Of a stretch of 64,000 nucleotides of DNA, positions 17,712 through 25,451 are shown one piece after another. The position numbers were made by a program, and so were the translations under genes. The first letter of the stretch is position 1, and each line of letters begins with the position of its first letter. The notes under the pieces were generated by a model. The model made no database searches. It was not told where the DNA came from and worked only from the letters and a program-made list of their open reading frames with translations. Origin of the DNA: Minisyncoccota bacterium (GTDB lineage Bacteria; Patescibacteriota; Minisyncoccia; Phycocordibacterales; GWA1-40-21); assembly GCA_041663045.1 (NCBI GenBank), contig JBAZRH010000001.1, positions 340,403 through 404,402 of the forward strand. Reading direction: 5' to 3'.

Positions 17712-17783
17712 TGCCGCCAGTAAGAATCGAACTTACATCTAATCCTTAGGACGGATTTGTTCTATCCATTGAACTATGGCGGC
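17712..17783 (-). tRNA. tRNA-Arg (anticodon CCT)
   Basis: acceptor GCCGCCA/TGGCGGC, D-arm TAGTTCAATGGATAGAAC, anticodon stem AATCC/GGATT with loop GTCCTAA, T-loop TTCGATT. Confidence 0.8.
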
Positions 17784-17822
17784 TTATTGTTGAATATAAC
17801 ATAAAAACCAGTTAGAAACAAA

Positions 17823-17850
17823 AAGCGGCGCACTTCGTGCGCCGCTTTTT
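17823..17850. terminator. bidirectional terminator hairpin (AGCGGCGCAC-TTCG-GTGCGCCGCT flanked by A-run and T-run)
   Basis: perfect palindrome with UUCG loop between tRNA-Arg and the glutaredoxin-like gene. Confidence 0.7.
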
Positions 17851-17857
17851 GTTTCTG

Positions 17858-18091
17858 TTAAATCCCAAGTATTCCCGCTATCTTCTCTTCATTGAAACCG
17901 ACTATAATATCCCCATCTATATCTATTACAGGCACCCCCATTTGACCACTCTTTTCCATCATTTCCTTTCTCTTTGCTAAATCTTTTGCTACATCAAAAA
18001 CTGTGTATTTTACTTCATGTGCATCGAAGAAATCTTTTGCAAGATTACAATAATGACATGTAGGTGTTGAATAAATTGTTATTTTTTTCAT
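17858..18091 (-). CDS. glutaredoxin-like protein (NrdH/YruB-type thioredoxin fold, CHYC active site)
   Basis: 77 aa; MKKITIYSTPTCHYCNLAK...GVPVIDIDG is a typical small glutaredoxin/NrdH pattern. Confidence 0.7.
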   Translation of the reverse strand: MKKITIYSTPTCHYCNLAKDFFDAHEVKYTVFDVAKDLAKRKEMMEKSGQMGVPVIDIDGDIIVGFNEEKIAGILGI

Positions 18092-18144
18092 ATTATTTTT
18101 GTAATTAACTTTTAACTATTCCATTATAACATGCCTGTCAAGAC

Positions 18145-18338
18145 TTTGTGCGGGTGGCGAGAATAAAATGAATCGGTCACAAGTTCTGGCTCGTCGCCAC
18201 TCGCCAGACTCGCGACCCCGCCTCGTAGTTTTTTGAAGCAAAAAACATACTCTGGCTTCCGATTCTCGACGCGAGCAAAGCAGTTTGCTCGCTCCACCCG
18301 CACAAAATAAATAATCCCCGTTTTTAGGATTATTTATT
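18145..18338 (-). repeat. tRNA-trailer module attached to tRNA-Gly. Ends with a 19-nt direct repeat (TTGTGCGGGTGGCGAGAAT, 18145..18163) of the tRNA 3' end (18339..18357)
   Basis: a 24-bp AT-rich hairpin incorporates the tRNA 3' end. The inverted copy of the tRNA 3' half (CCGATTCTCG...TCCACCCGCACAA) is split by conserved hairpin ACGCGAGCAAAGCAGTTTGCTCGC. Blocks GAGGCGGGGTCGCGA and TTGTGACCGATTCA are present. Confidence 0.8.
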
Positions 18339-18339
18339 T

Positions 18340-18412
18340 TGTGCGGGTGGCGAGAATCGGACTCGCGCCACATGCTTGGGAAGCACGCGTACTACCACTA
18401 TACTACACCCGC
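18340..18412 (-). tRNA. tRNA-Gly (anticodon CCC)
   Basis: acceptor GCGGGTG/CACCCGC, D-arm TAGTATAGTGGTAGTAC, anticodon stem CGTGC/GCATG with loop TTCCCAA, T-loop TCCGATT. Confidence 0.8.
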
Positions 18413-18421
18413 ATTTCTTAA

Positions 18422-18799
18422 TTATTTAAACCAATCTAAAAACTCCTGCCAGACATTAGTATTACTCATAGTGCTTGTTGTTTGAGTCGGGGAGTTTTCA
18501 TTTATTATTACGACAGTTTGCTCTCCTGGCCTCTTAACATCAAACTTACTCCTTATTTCTGCCTCAACACCCTCATCGGTCTTTAGTTTATCTATCTCTA
18601 AACTTAGCATCTTTTCTCTGGATTTCAAGTTATTATATTGCTTCTCAATCGTATCAAGGTTTCCTCGGCTGAGTAATTCTTTCTTATAGATATCATAAAC
18701 TTGTTTGACCATAAAACCCACAAGTAATAAAAGTACGAGCAAGGTTATTCTAGAATAAATTATCTTACGTATTTGTCTTTTCTGTTGAAAATCAATCAT
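18422..18799 (-). CDS. FtsB/DivIC-like septum formation initiator family protein
   Basis: 125 aa; single N-terminal TM helix followed by coiled coil (KQYNNLKSREKMLSLEIDKLKTDEG). Confidence 0.5.
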   Translation of the reverse strand: MIDFQQKRQIRKIIYSRITLLVLLLLVGFMVKQVYDIYKKELLSRGNLDTIEKQYNNLKSREKMLSLEIDKLKTDEGVEAEIRSKFDVKRPGEQTVVIINENSPTQTTSTMSNTNVWQEFLDWFK

Positions 18800-18955
18800 A
18801 CTTCGTGTATTATAACCAACATAGGTATTTTATAAAACTTAACGATTAATAACAATGCTTTACAATAAAGGAACAAGGAAAGTGATTAAATGGATATGGT
18901 CTGTCGTAGCGGTGCTTATCATTATAAGTATGGTGGTACTTTATACGCCGTTTTG

Positions 18956-19114
18956 GAGATAGGTCGGAATTTTTGTTAGGGGTGGCAACCTGTTCTTTTT
19001 GAAATGCCTTGCACAGGCCGACGGGCCGAGCAGAACAAAAAGCCAGCAGGCTTTTATGTGTGCTTTTCAAAAAGAATAGGTTGACAGGACCCCGAGAAAA
19101 TTCCGACCTATCTC
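18956..19114. repeat. large nested palindrome downstream of lepA (18-bp perfect outer stem GAGATAGGTCGGAATTTT / AAAATTCCGACCTATCTC plus inner TTCTTTTTGAAA/TTTCAAAAAGAA)
   Basis: verified by reverse-complement comparison; likely lepA terminator region or small structured RNA. Confidence 0.6.
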
Positions 19115-19115
19115 T

Positions 19116-20930
19116 TTAGTCGTTTTTCATCATTTTTAAAAAAACGTCCTGCGTAATATTTACCTTGCCCTGCTCTTTCATCCTCTTCTTTCCCCTTTTC
19201 TGCTTTTCGCGAAGCTTCATCTTTCTAGTAATATCTCCTCCATAAAGATAGTCCGTAACATCCTTTTTCATCCCTGACATTGATTTGGAAGATAGAATTC
19301 TCCCCATCGCTTTACCCTGTACCTTGAAAGAAAACATTTGTCTTGGAAGCACTGCCGCGAGCCTTTCCACCGAGCTTTCAGCTTCTTCTTCAGCTCTTCT
19401 CCTTGCTACGATTTTACAAAAAGCTACCACTGGCTCATCTGCCACAAGAATATCGAGCTTCACCACGTCCGCATCTTTCATTCCCATCATTTCATAGGAA
19501 ATAGAAGCGTATCCGGAAGTAATGCTTTTTAATTCATTGAAAAAGTTTCTCATAAGCTCCCGAAGTGGCATTTCAAGTGTCAAAGAGGCCCTATTGTCTC
19601 CAAAAGTTTCTGAATCACCGATCACAGCCTCATGTTCATAAAGTTGTTGCATAATTGCACCGAGATAATGAGTCGGTGTGATAATCCTCACTCTCACCCA
19701 AGGCTCTTGTATCTTTTCTACGAGATGATCCTCCGGAAAAAGTGATGGCGAATATATCATTTCCTTTTTCCCATTCTTGAAAGTCACTTCATAGTTGATA
19801 CTTGGGGTTGTAACGATGAGATTTAGATTAAATTCTCTCCTCAAGCGCTCTACAATAATCTCCAGATGAAGCATTCCGAGAAAACCACAACGAAATCCAC
19901 GCCCGAGTGTACCGGAAGTTTCCTCTTCATGCGTAAAAGATGAATCAGAGAGTTTAAGCTTACTAAGTGCAAGCTTCAAAAGATCAAAATCATCCTGCCC
20001 TTCTGGATAAATAGATGCCCAGACGACAGGGCTTGGTGTCTGATACCCATGCAAAGGCGGTTTCGTATCTTTTATATAAGCGATAGTGTCTCCGACAGAA
20101 GCAATACCCGACTCTTTTATACCTGTCACAATATAGCCGATTTCTCCAGCAGAAAGTGATTCAACAGGCTTTTCTTCTGGCGAGAAAATTCCGACCTCAA
20201 CAGCAGAAAAAGTCTCTCCTGCAATCTTGAAAATAAGCGGTGTATTTTTCTTTATTTCACCATTGAAAACTCGCAGATAGACAGTCACCCCGCGATGATT
20301 TGAATATTGAAAATCAAAAATAAGTCCGCGAACACTTTTTTCGTCTATTTGAATATTATCATCCTCTGAACCATATTCACCTTTTGGCGCAGGTACTCTT
20401 TTTATAATTTCGTCCAAGAGTTTTGCCACACCATCGCCCGTCTTTCCTGAAACTTCAAGAATTTCGCTTTCATCGATTTTCAAAAGCTTTGCGATTTCTT
20501 CTTTTGTTTCTGGAACTCTCGCAAGCGGAGAATCGATCTTGCTCACTACCGGCACTATCACAAGCCCAGACTCGCGAGCCATATTCAAAGTTGTAAGCGT
20601 TTGTGCCTGTACGCCTTGAGTAGCATCTACAAGTAAAATAGAACCTTCGACAGCTTTCAGCGCGCGAGAAACTTCATAAGAGAAATCGATATGTCCAGGG
20701 GTGTCTATAAGATTCATAATGTATTCATCGCCATCATGCTTCCAATTCATCCTGACAGGTTGCATTTTTATAGTGATACCCCTCTCACGCTCAAGCTCCA
20801 TGCTATCAAGCACTTGTGCCATCATTTTACGCTTCTCAATAGTGTTGGTAATTTCAAGCATTCTATCGGCAAGCGTGGACTTCCCGTGGTCGATATGAGC
20901 TATAATGCTAAAATTGCGAATATTTTTCAT
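19116..20930 (-). CDS. lepA: elongation factor 4 (LepA), translational GTPase
   Basis: 604 aa; G1 AHIDHGKST, G3 DTPGH, LepA-specific C-terminal domain. Confidence 0.95.
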   Translation of the reverse strand: MKNIRNFSIIAHIDHGKSTLADRMLEITNTIEKRKMMAQVLDSMELERERGITIKMQPVRMNWKHDGDEYIMNLIDTPGHIDFSYEVSRALKAVEGSILLVDATQGVQAQTLTTLNMARESGLVIVPVVSKIDSPLARVPETKEEIAKLLKIDESEILEVSGKTGDGVAKLLDEIIKRVPAPKGEYGSEDDNIQIDEKSVRGLIFDFQYSNHRGVTVYLRVFNGEIKKNTPLIFKIAGETFSAVEVGIFSPEEKPVESLSAGEIGYIVTGIKESGIASVGDTIAYIKDTKPPLHGYQTPSPVVWASIYPEGQDDFDLLKLALSKLKLSDSSFTHEEETSGTLGRGFRCGFLGMLHLEIIVERLRREFNLNLIVTTPSINYEVTFKNGKKEMIYSPSLFPEDHLVEKIQEPWVRVRIITPTHYLGAIMQQLYEHEAVIGDSETFGDNRASLTLEMPLRELMRNFFNELKSITSGYASISYEMMGMKDADVVKLDILVADEPVVAFCKIVARRRAEEEAESSVERLAAVLPRQMFSFKVQGKAMGRILSSKSMSGMKKDVTDYLYGGDITRKMKLREKQKRGKKRMKEQGKVNITQDVFLKMMKND

Positions 20931-20972
20931 TGAATTCCAATCATAGCAGAAAACACTAAAAAACTAAAGAAA

Positions 20973-21042
20973 AAAACTTGGGGAATTACTTTGGTTTCGC
21001 CTAAGTAGGGACTTGGCTTACCAAAGTAATTCCCCAAGTTTT
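20973..21042. repeat. 22-bp perfect palindrome (AAAACTTGGGGAATTACTTTGG / CCAAAGTAATTCCCCAAGTTTT) with a 26-nt loop, upstream of lepA
   Basis: seen directly; position between lepA start and the terminator of the upstream gene. Confidence 0.6.
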
Positions 21043-21047
21043 AGACA

Positions 21048-21089
21048 TAAAAAAAGGGCCGGTTTTGCGCTTCGCGCAAAACCGGCCCC
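21048..21089 (-). terminator. rho-independent terminator for gene 21120..22130 (GGGCCGGTTTTGCGC-TTCG-GCGCAAAACCGGCCC + T-run on minus strand)
   Basis: perfect 15-bp stem, UUCG-type loop; same hairpin family as 1785, 22516, 38738. Confidence 0.75.
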
Positions 21090-21119
21090 CATACATCAGA
21101 AACAAATCGCCATCGAGGA

Positions 21120-22130
21120 TCAGCCCTTGCCACCGCCATCATAATAATACGGCGGATACCACGGATCAGGCAACCCCGAAATGTCGGCTGGATCCCATAC
21201 TGGGACAACATAGTAAACACCAACGTCAAATTGTAAATTGACGTAATAGTATTCACCCGTACTGTCGAGAATCAATGAATAGGTGGTCCAATCTTTTTCT
21301 CCAGCTTTCCGAATCTTGACCGTCTTACACCACTTCCATTCACTGGTATAGAAAGATATGGCAACCAGTTGGCTCTTGGTGGAAGTGTACTCCACCGAGA
21401 GATTCTGACCAACGCCGTTTGTCGTCGGTACCGTTACCACAATATTCCCATCCATAATCGGAACGATTCCGCGAATAATCACGCTCGGTAGAACATCAAA
21501 TTCTTGTGGATCCAATACCTGCCCGTTGCTAACATTCCAATATTTGATACCACCGCTTGCCGTACCAACCACAAGAAATGCGTTGGTGCCAGCCAGTTGT
21601 CTGGGAAAAAGTAGTTTATTATCCCATACTTGGAGACTGGAGAAATTATAAGTCTTTCCGTCAGCCCCAATAAAAGCTACTTCTGCCCATTGTGCTCCAC
21701 CGTCAATTGGAAGTGGAATATTTTCATACAGATCCAGTACCACATTTCCATAGCCAGTTGGCACTGAATACGCGCCGTTCGTCTGCACAAGGTTGAACTG
21801 ATTCATCCCGGTGAATAACGGGAATCCATCAGAATTGGATACATAGACCCAGATGTAAAATGAATCTTTGGGATTCACAATATCCAGAACAAGTTTCGTC
21901 TTGAGAATGGTATTGCTGATGCATGCCATCGTAGACGACTCCAATTGCACGTACTTGTAGGAATTCGTTCCTGCCGGCAATTGTGTACCAACCGACACGG
22001 ATACGGACCTGGACTGTTCAAGAGCATAGGTACGTAATTCGTCCTTCGAACCAATCGGCAGTTTCTGACCGAATGAATTCGTGAACATGAACGACACAAA
22101 CATCACAACTATCATTACTATATTCTTCAT
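21120..22130 (-). CDS. hypothetical secreted protein (signal peptide), in a GC-rich island
   Basis: ORF 21120..22256 trimmed to MKNIVMIVVMFVSFMFTNSFG signal peptide start at 22130; about 48% GC versus about 35% background; Gly-rich C-terminus. Confidence 0.5.
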   Translation of the reverse strand: MKNIVMIVVMFVSFMFTNSFGQKLPIGSKDELRTYALEQSRSVSVSVGTQLPAGTNSYKYVQLESSTMACISNTILKTKLVLDIVNPKDSFYIWVYVSNSDGFPLFTGMNQFNLVQTNGAYSVPTGYGNVVLDLYENIPLPIDGGAQWAEVAFIGADGKTYNFSSLQVWDNKLLFPRQLAGTNAFLVVGTASGGIKYWNVSNGQVLDPQEFDVLPSVIIRGIVPIMDGNIVVTVPTTNGVGQNLSVEYTSTKSQLVAISFYTSEWKWCKTVKIRKAGEKDWTTYSLILDSTGEYYYVNLQFDVGVYYVVPVWDPADISGLPDPWYPPYYYDGGGKG

Positions 22131-22155
22131 CTTTCTTCTCCTGTTCTGTTTTCCT

Positions 22156-22380
22156 TCACTTCGCGAATGTCGGGGTTGCATGCAACCCTTCGATCCGGAA
22201 ACCGTTTGTACCCTTTGCCACCATTTTCGGTGGAGTGTTTTGCTTCGACTCACCAACGCTGATGAGCGCCGACCGCATTTTGCCAGTCATTTCTGGGTGT
22301 TGGTGATTGATCACCAGCAAAAAAATACCCACCCCAAGAATAACCGACAGTATGATCACAACCGCTACAACCTTATTCAT
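22156..22380 (-). CDS. hypothetical small membrane protein (GC-rich island)
   Basis: ORF trimmed to MNKVVAVVIILSVILGVGIFLLV; 74 aa. Confidence 0.4.
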   Translation of the reverse strand: MNKVVAVVIILSVILGVGIFLLVINHQHPEMTGKMRSALISVGESKQNTPPKMVAKGTNGFRIEGLHATPTFAK

Positions 22381-22622
22381 TTTCCTCTCCTTCGGGATTC
22401 TATCCCTTTTTTGTTTCTTTACGTCAACGAACATTAAAAAATGAGGGTTTAACCTTACTTTTCACCAAACCACACCCTATCACAATTCAAGATAAAAGTC
22501 AAACCCTTTCGGATAGAGGGGGTTTTCGCTTCGCGAAAACCCCGCCACCTTATCGTTTGACTTTATCTAAACCATCAACTAGTATTTATTTCGGATGATC
22601 CTAAACAATAAAAGGAGAAGTT

Positions 22623-23108
22623 ATGAACGAAGTAATGATCGCTGTCGTCCTTGCCCTGATCTGTGGTTTCAATGCACGTATTCAGTTCTTAATGCCCAAG
22701 AAATACGTAAGTGCTATGCACTTCGCGGAAGATTGGGGGAGTTCCAAGTACGGGACGATAATCTTCTGGTTTCTGGGTTATGTATGCCGATTCGTCATTT
22801 CTGCATTCATCATCAGTGGGCTGTGTTTTTATTTTGGTGTGGAGCTTATACCATTCACATTAAAAAAATTCCTGCTCACATATTTACCGATAATCCTAAC
22901 CCTGACACTCATCAACAACTTCTTCTCAAGTCGCTTCGACGAAGACGACAGGGAAGAAAACGGCAACCTACAGGATGGATATGACGACGATGCTACAACG
23001 GACATTCCACTGACTCTCGTAGTAGCATGTTTAATACTCTCTGTCTTTTACTGGGGAGCTATGTGCCCAATATATTGGCTTGGGAAGATTATGCACGTCT
23101 GGTCGTAA
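22623..23108 (+). CDS. hypothetical polytopic membrane protein with acidic loop (GC-rich island)
   Basis: 161 aa; AAGGAG RBS 8 nt upstream of ATG; 4 predicted TM helices. Confidence 0.5.
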   Translation: MNEVMIAVVLALICGFNARIQFLMPKKYVSAMHFAEDWGSSKYGTIIFWFLGYVCRFVISAFIISGLCFYFGVELIPFTLKKFLLTYLPIILTLTLINNFFSSRFDEDDREENGNLQDGYDDDATTDIPLTLVVACLILSVFYWGAMCPIYWLGKIMHVWS

Positions 23109-23153
23109 GCGATTGGCCGAACACAAAAGTGTTCGGCCAATTTTTTTAATCTT

Positions 23154-24293
23154 CTATTTGTAAATCCTTTTTATCAGCGGATTTATTCTAGTCAAAAGTT
23201 CATAAGTTGAGGCGTCTAAAAGTCCAGAAATATCGTCTGCGGAAATTTCTTCTTTGCCACTTTTTCCGATAATCGTCACGGTGTCCCCCACCTTCGCATT
23301 TTTTACTTCACTAGTATCAAGCATAATAATATCCATACAAACCCTACCCAAAATTTTGCACGGCTTGCCTCCCACAAGCACTCTTCCAATACCCGACAAA
23401 GCACGTGGCAAACCATGCCAATAGCCCACCGGAATAACCGCTATTTTCGTGTTTTTGGCTACTGTCTCCGTGCAGTCGTATCCTACACGACTACCGGCTT
23501 TGAGGGTCTTTATTTCAGCAATTACGGCCTTCCAAGATAGTACTGGGGCGAGCCTTGTCTTGCCCTCTGCAAAGGCCCTGGCCTCGCTAGACGGCCATAT
23601 GCCGTAGAGTCCGATTCCTATGCGAACCATATCAAAATCGGCCTCCCTGAAGAGTATAGCCCCTGAAGTGGCCGACGCATGCCTTATGGGTTTGAAACCG
23701 TTTTTATTGAAAATCTCCACCCACTTTTTGTATTCCTCAATCTGTCTTTTTGTAAATTGCGGAAATGCCGGATTTTTGGCGGAGGCGAAATGTGTAAAAA
23801 GTCCCTCAACAATTATTTTATCTTTGAGCGATTTTAATTCACGAATGACTTTCTCCGAATCTTCAAAAGAAAAACCGTGTCGTGACATTCCTGTATCTAC
23901 TTTAATGTGAACTTTTATTGGGTTTTTTACTTTGAGTTTTTTTATTTCTGAAAGTGTTTCGAAAGAAGAAACCGCAACACTAATATTTTTCTCCACCGCC
24001 TCTTCAAGTTTTTCCGGCAAAGTATAACCGAGTATTAGTATGGGTGTTTTAATCCCCTCCCTGCGAAGTGCCGAACCTTCTGTAATAGAATCAACTCCAA
24101 GGAAATCCGCACCGAGTTTCTCCATCTCTTCTGCAAATTCAAAAAGATTATGCCCGTAAGCATTGGACTTCACAACTGCCAAAAACTTCACCGCCTTCGG
24201 CAAAAGTTTTCTAAAAGTTTCAAAATTCTGCTTTATAGCTTTCCTATCAATTTCAAGCCATGTGCGTAGGCCTTGTGGGCGCGTGGGTTTCAT
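23154..24293 (-). CDS. alr: alanine racemase
   Basis: 379 aa; PLP-lysine motif AVVKSNAYGHN near N-terminus, fold-type III layout with C-terminal beta domain. Confidence 0.85.
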   Translation of the reverse strand: MKPTRPQGLRTWLEIDRKAIKQNFETFRKLLPKAVKFLAVVKSNAYGHNLFEFAEEMEKLGADFLGVDSITEGSALRREGIKTPILILGYTLPEKLEEAVEKNISVAVSSFETLSEIKKLKVKNPIKVHIKVDTGMSRHGFSFEDSEKVIRELKSLKDKIIVEGLFTHFASAKNPAFPQFTKRQIEEYKKWVEIFNKNGFKPIRHASATSGAILFREADFDMVRIGIGLYGIWPSSEARAFAEGKTRLAPVLSWKAVIAEIKTLKAGSRVGYDCTETVAKNTKIAVIPVGYWHGLPRALSGIGRVLVGGKPCKILGRVCMDIIMLDTSEVKNAKVGDTVTIIGKSGKEEISADDISGLLDASTYELLTRINPLIKRIYK

Positions 24294-24373
24294 ATTGCTA
24301 TATTACATTAATAACAAAAGCAATTCAAATCTGTAAGCGAAGTATACGACATTATAGTTATCTCTGAGAATAA

Positions 24374-25447
24374 TTATTCAATAGCCTTCTGTATCCACTC
24401 CCTTGCATTCGTTCTTAAAACCTTCTTTATCTGCTCATCATTTAAATTAAATTCAGTTGATAAAATATCGGCTAATTTAGAAAAGTCATCAGGATTTCTA
24501 ATCTCATTTAGAAATTCAGGTGGAATACCACCAAAATCTGTTCCAATAGCCAAACTATTTATTCCACCAGTGATTTGAGATGTTGCATCAATCCTTTCTG
24601 CCACTTTTCTAGTCGAGGAGAAAAATGGCTTTGTCACTCCCAAACCAATGATGCCACCCATAGAGATTAAGTCCGTCATCTCTTCAGAAGTTAGAGCCCT
24701 GTCACCCATTTTATCCCTCCACGCCTCATCAATGTCCTCTTCTACTGAACCATGAGTATAGGAAACTAAACTTCCTTTATTTAAGTCTTTAGCTAATCTC
24801 ATTATACCTTTTCGGGTATTAAAATTTGAATGAGCAAGATCAATAATTAAATTATGATCAAATATATGCCTTGCGACAGAAATACCTAATTCCGTTAAGC
24901 CGTTTGTATCAGCTAAAGGCGTTGGCTTGTTGTATTGAAAGCCAAAAATTTTAACACCTAAATCTATCAAAACTTTGAGGTCTTCTACTGATTGAATTAA
25001 ATGAGCACCGGCTTCTAATCCTAAAACTAAATTATCTTGGTTTTTAAAATCTCCACCCCTTTTTATTAGATTAATTCCGCATGATTCACCCATTTGTTTA
25101 TATTGACCAACCAAGCTAATCATTTTATTCCAACGAGTATCTCTGTCGGGATTTTCTGGATTTGGAAACATATATGAATCAAAGACCGATCCAACGATCA
25201 CATCATATTTCCCACGCACAGATTCAGCAACTAATCTTGAATATTCTCCCCAAGAAAATTCTCCTATCTTTTTACCAAATTTCTCCTCAGCAGTTGGAAT
25301 ATCCACACCAAATTGTTCAAGTCGGGTTAAAACAGATTTGTCTTCAGGGTTAAATCTCTCTGGATATGTTGAATATTCACCCAGATGTTCGGTTGCTTTG
25401 GGTACTAATAAGTCATCATGAAGTGAAGATATTTTTTCTGGTTTCAT
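24374..25447 (-). CDS. membrane dipeptidase (peptidase M19 / renal dipeptidase) homolog
   Basis: 357 aa; SLHDD, GLEAGAHLI, YNKPTPLAD, IIDLAHSNF and LAIGTDFGGI line up with the GHND, VEGGHSI, NTPWAD, VDLAHVS and IGSDFDGI blocks of M19 dipeptidases. Confidence 0.7.
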   Translation of the reverse strand: MKPEKISSLHDDLLVPKATEHLGEYSTYPERFNPEDKSVLTRLEQFGVDIPTAEEKFGKKIGEFSWGEYSRLVAESVRGKYDVIVGSVFDSYMFPNPENPDRDTRWNKMISLVGQYKQMGESCGINLIKRGGDFKNQDNLVLGLEAGAHLIQSVEDLKVLIDLGVKIFGFQYNKPTPLADTNGLTELGISVARHIFDHNLIIDLAHSNFNTRKGIMRLAKDLNKGSLVSYTHGSVEEDIDEAWRDKMGDRALTSEEMTDLISMGGIIGLGVTKPFFSSTRKVAERIDATSQITGGINSLAIGTDFGGIPPEFLNEIRNPDDFSKLADILSTEFNLNDEQIKKVLRTNAREWIQKAIE

Positions 25448-25451
25448 TTTA

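Noticed and set aside
18116-18373. ORF 18116..18373(-), 85 aa
   Set aside because: It overlaps the tRNA-Gly trailer module and the tRNA itself. Its composition is dominated by the repeat sequence.
18846-19070. ORF 18846..19070(-), 74 aa
   Set aside because: It lies within the large nested palindrome downstream of lepA. Its sequence is dictated by the hairpin arms.
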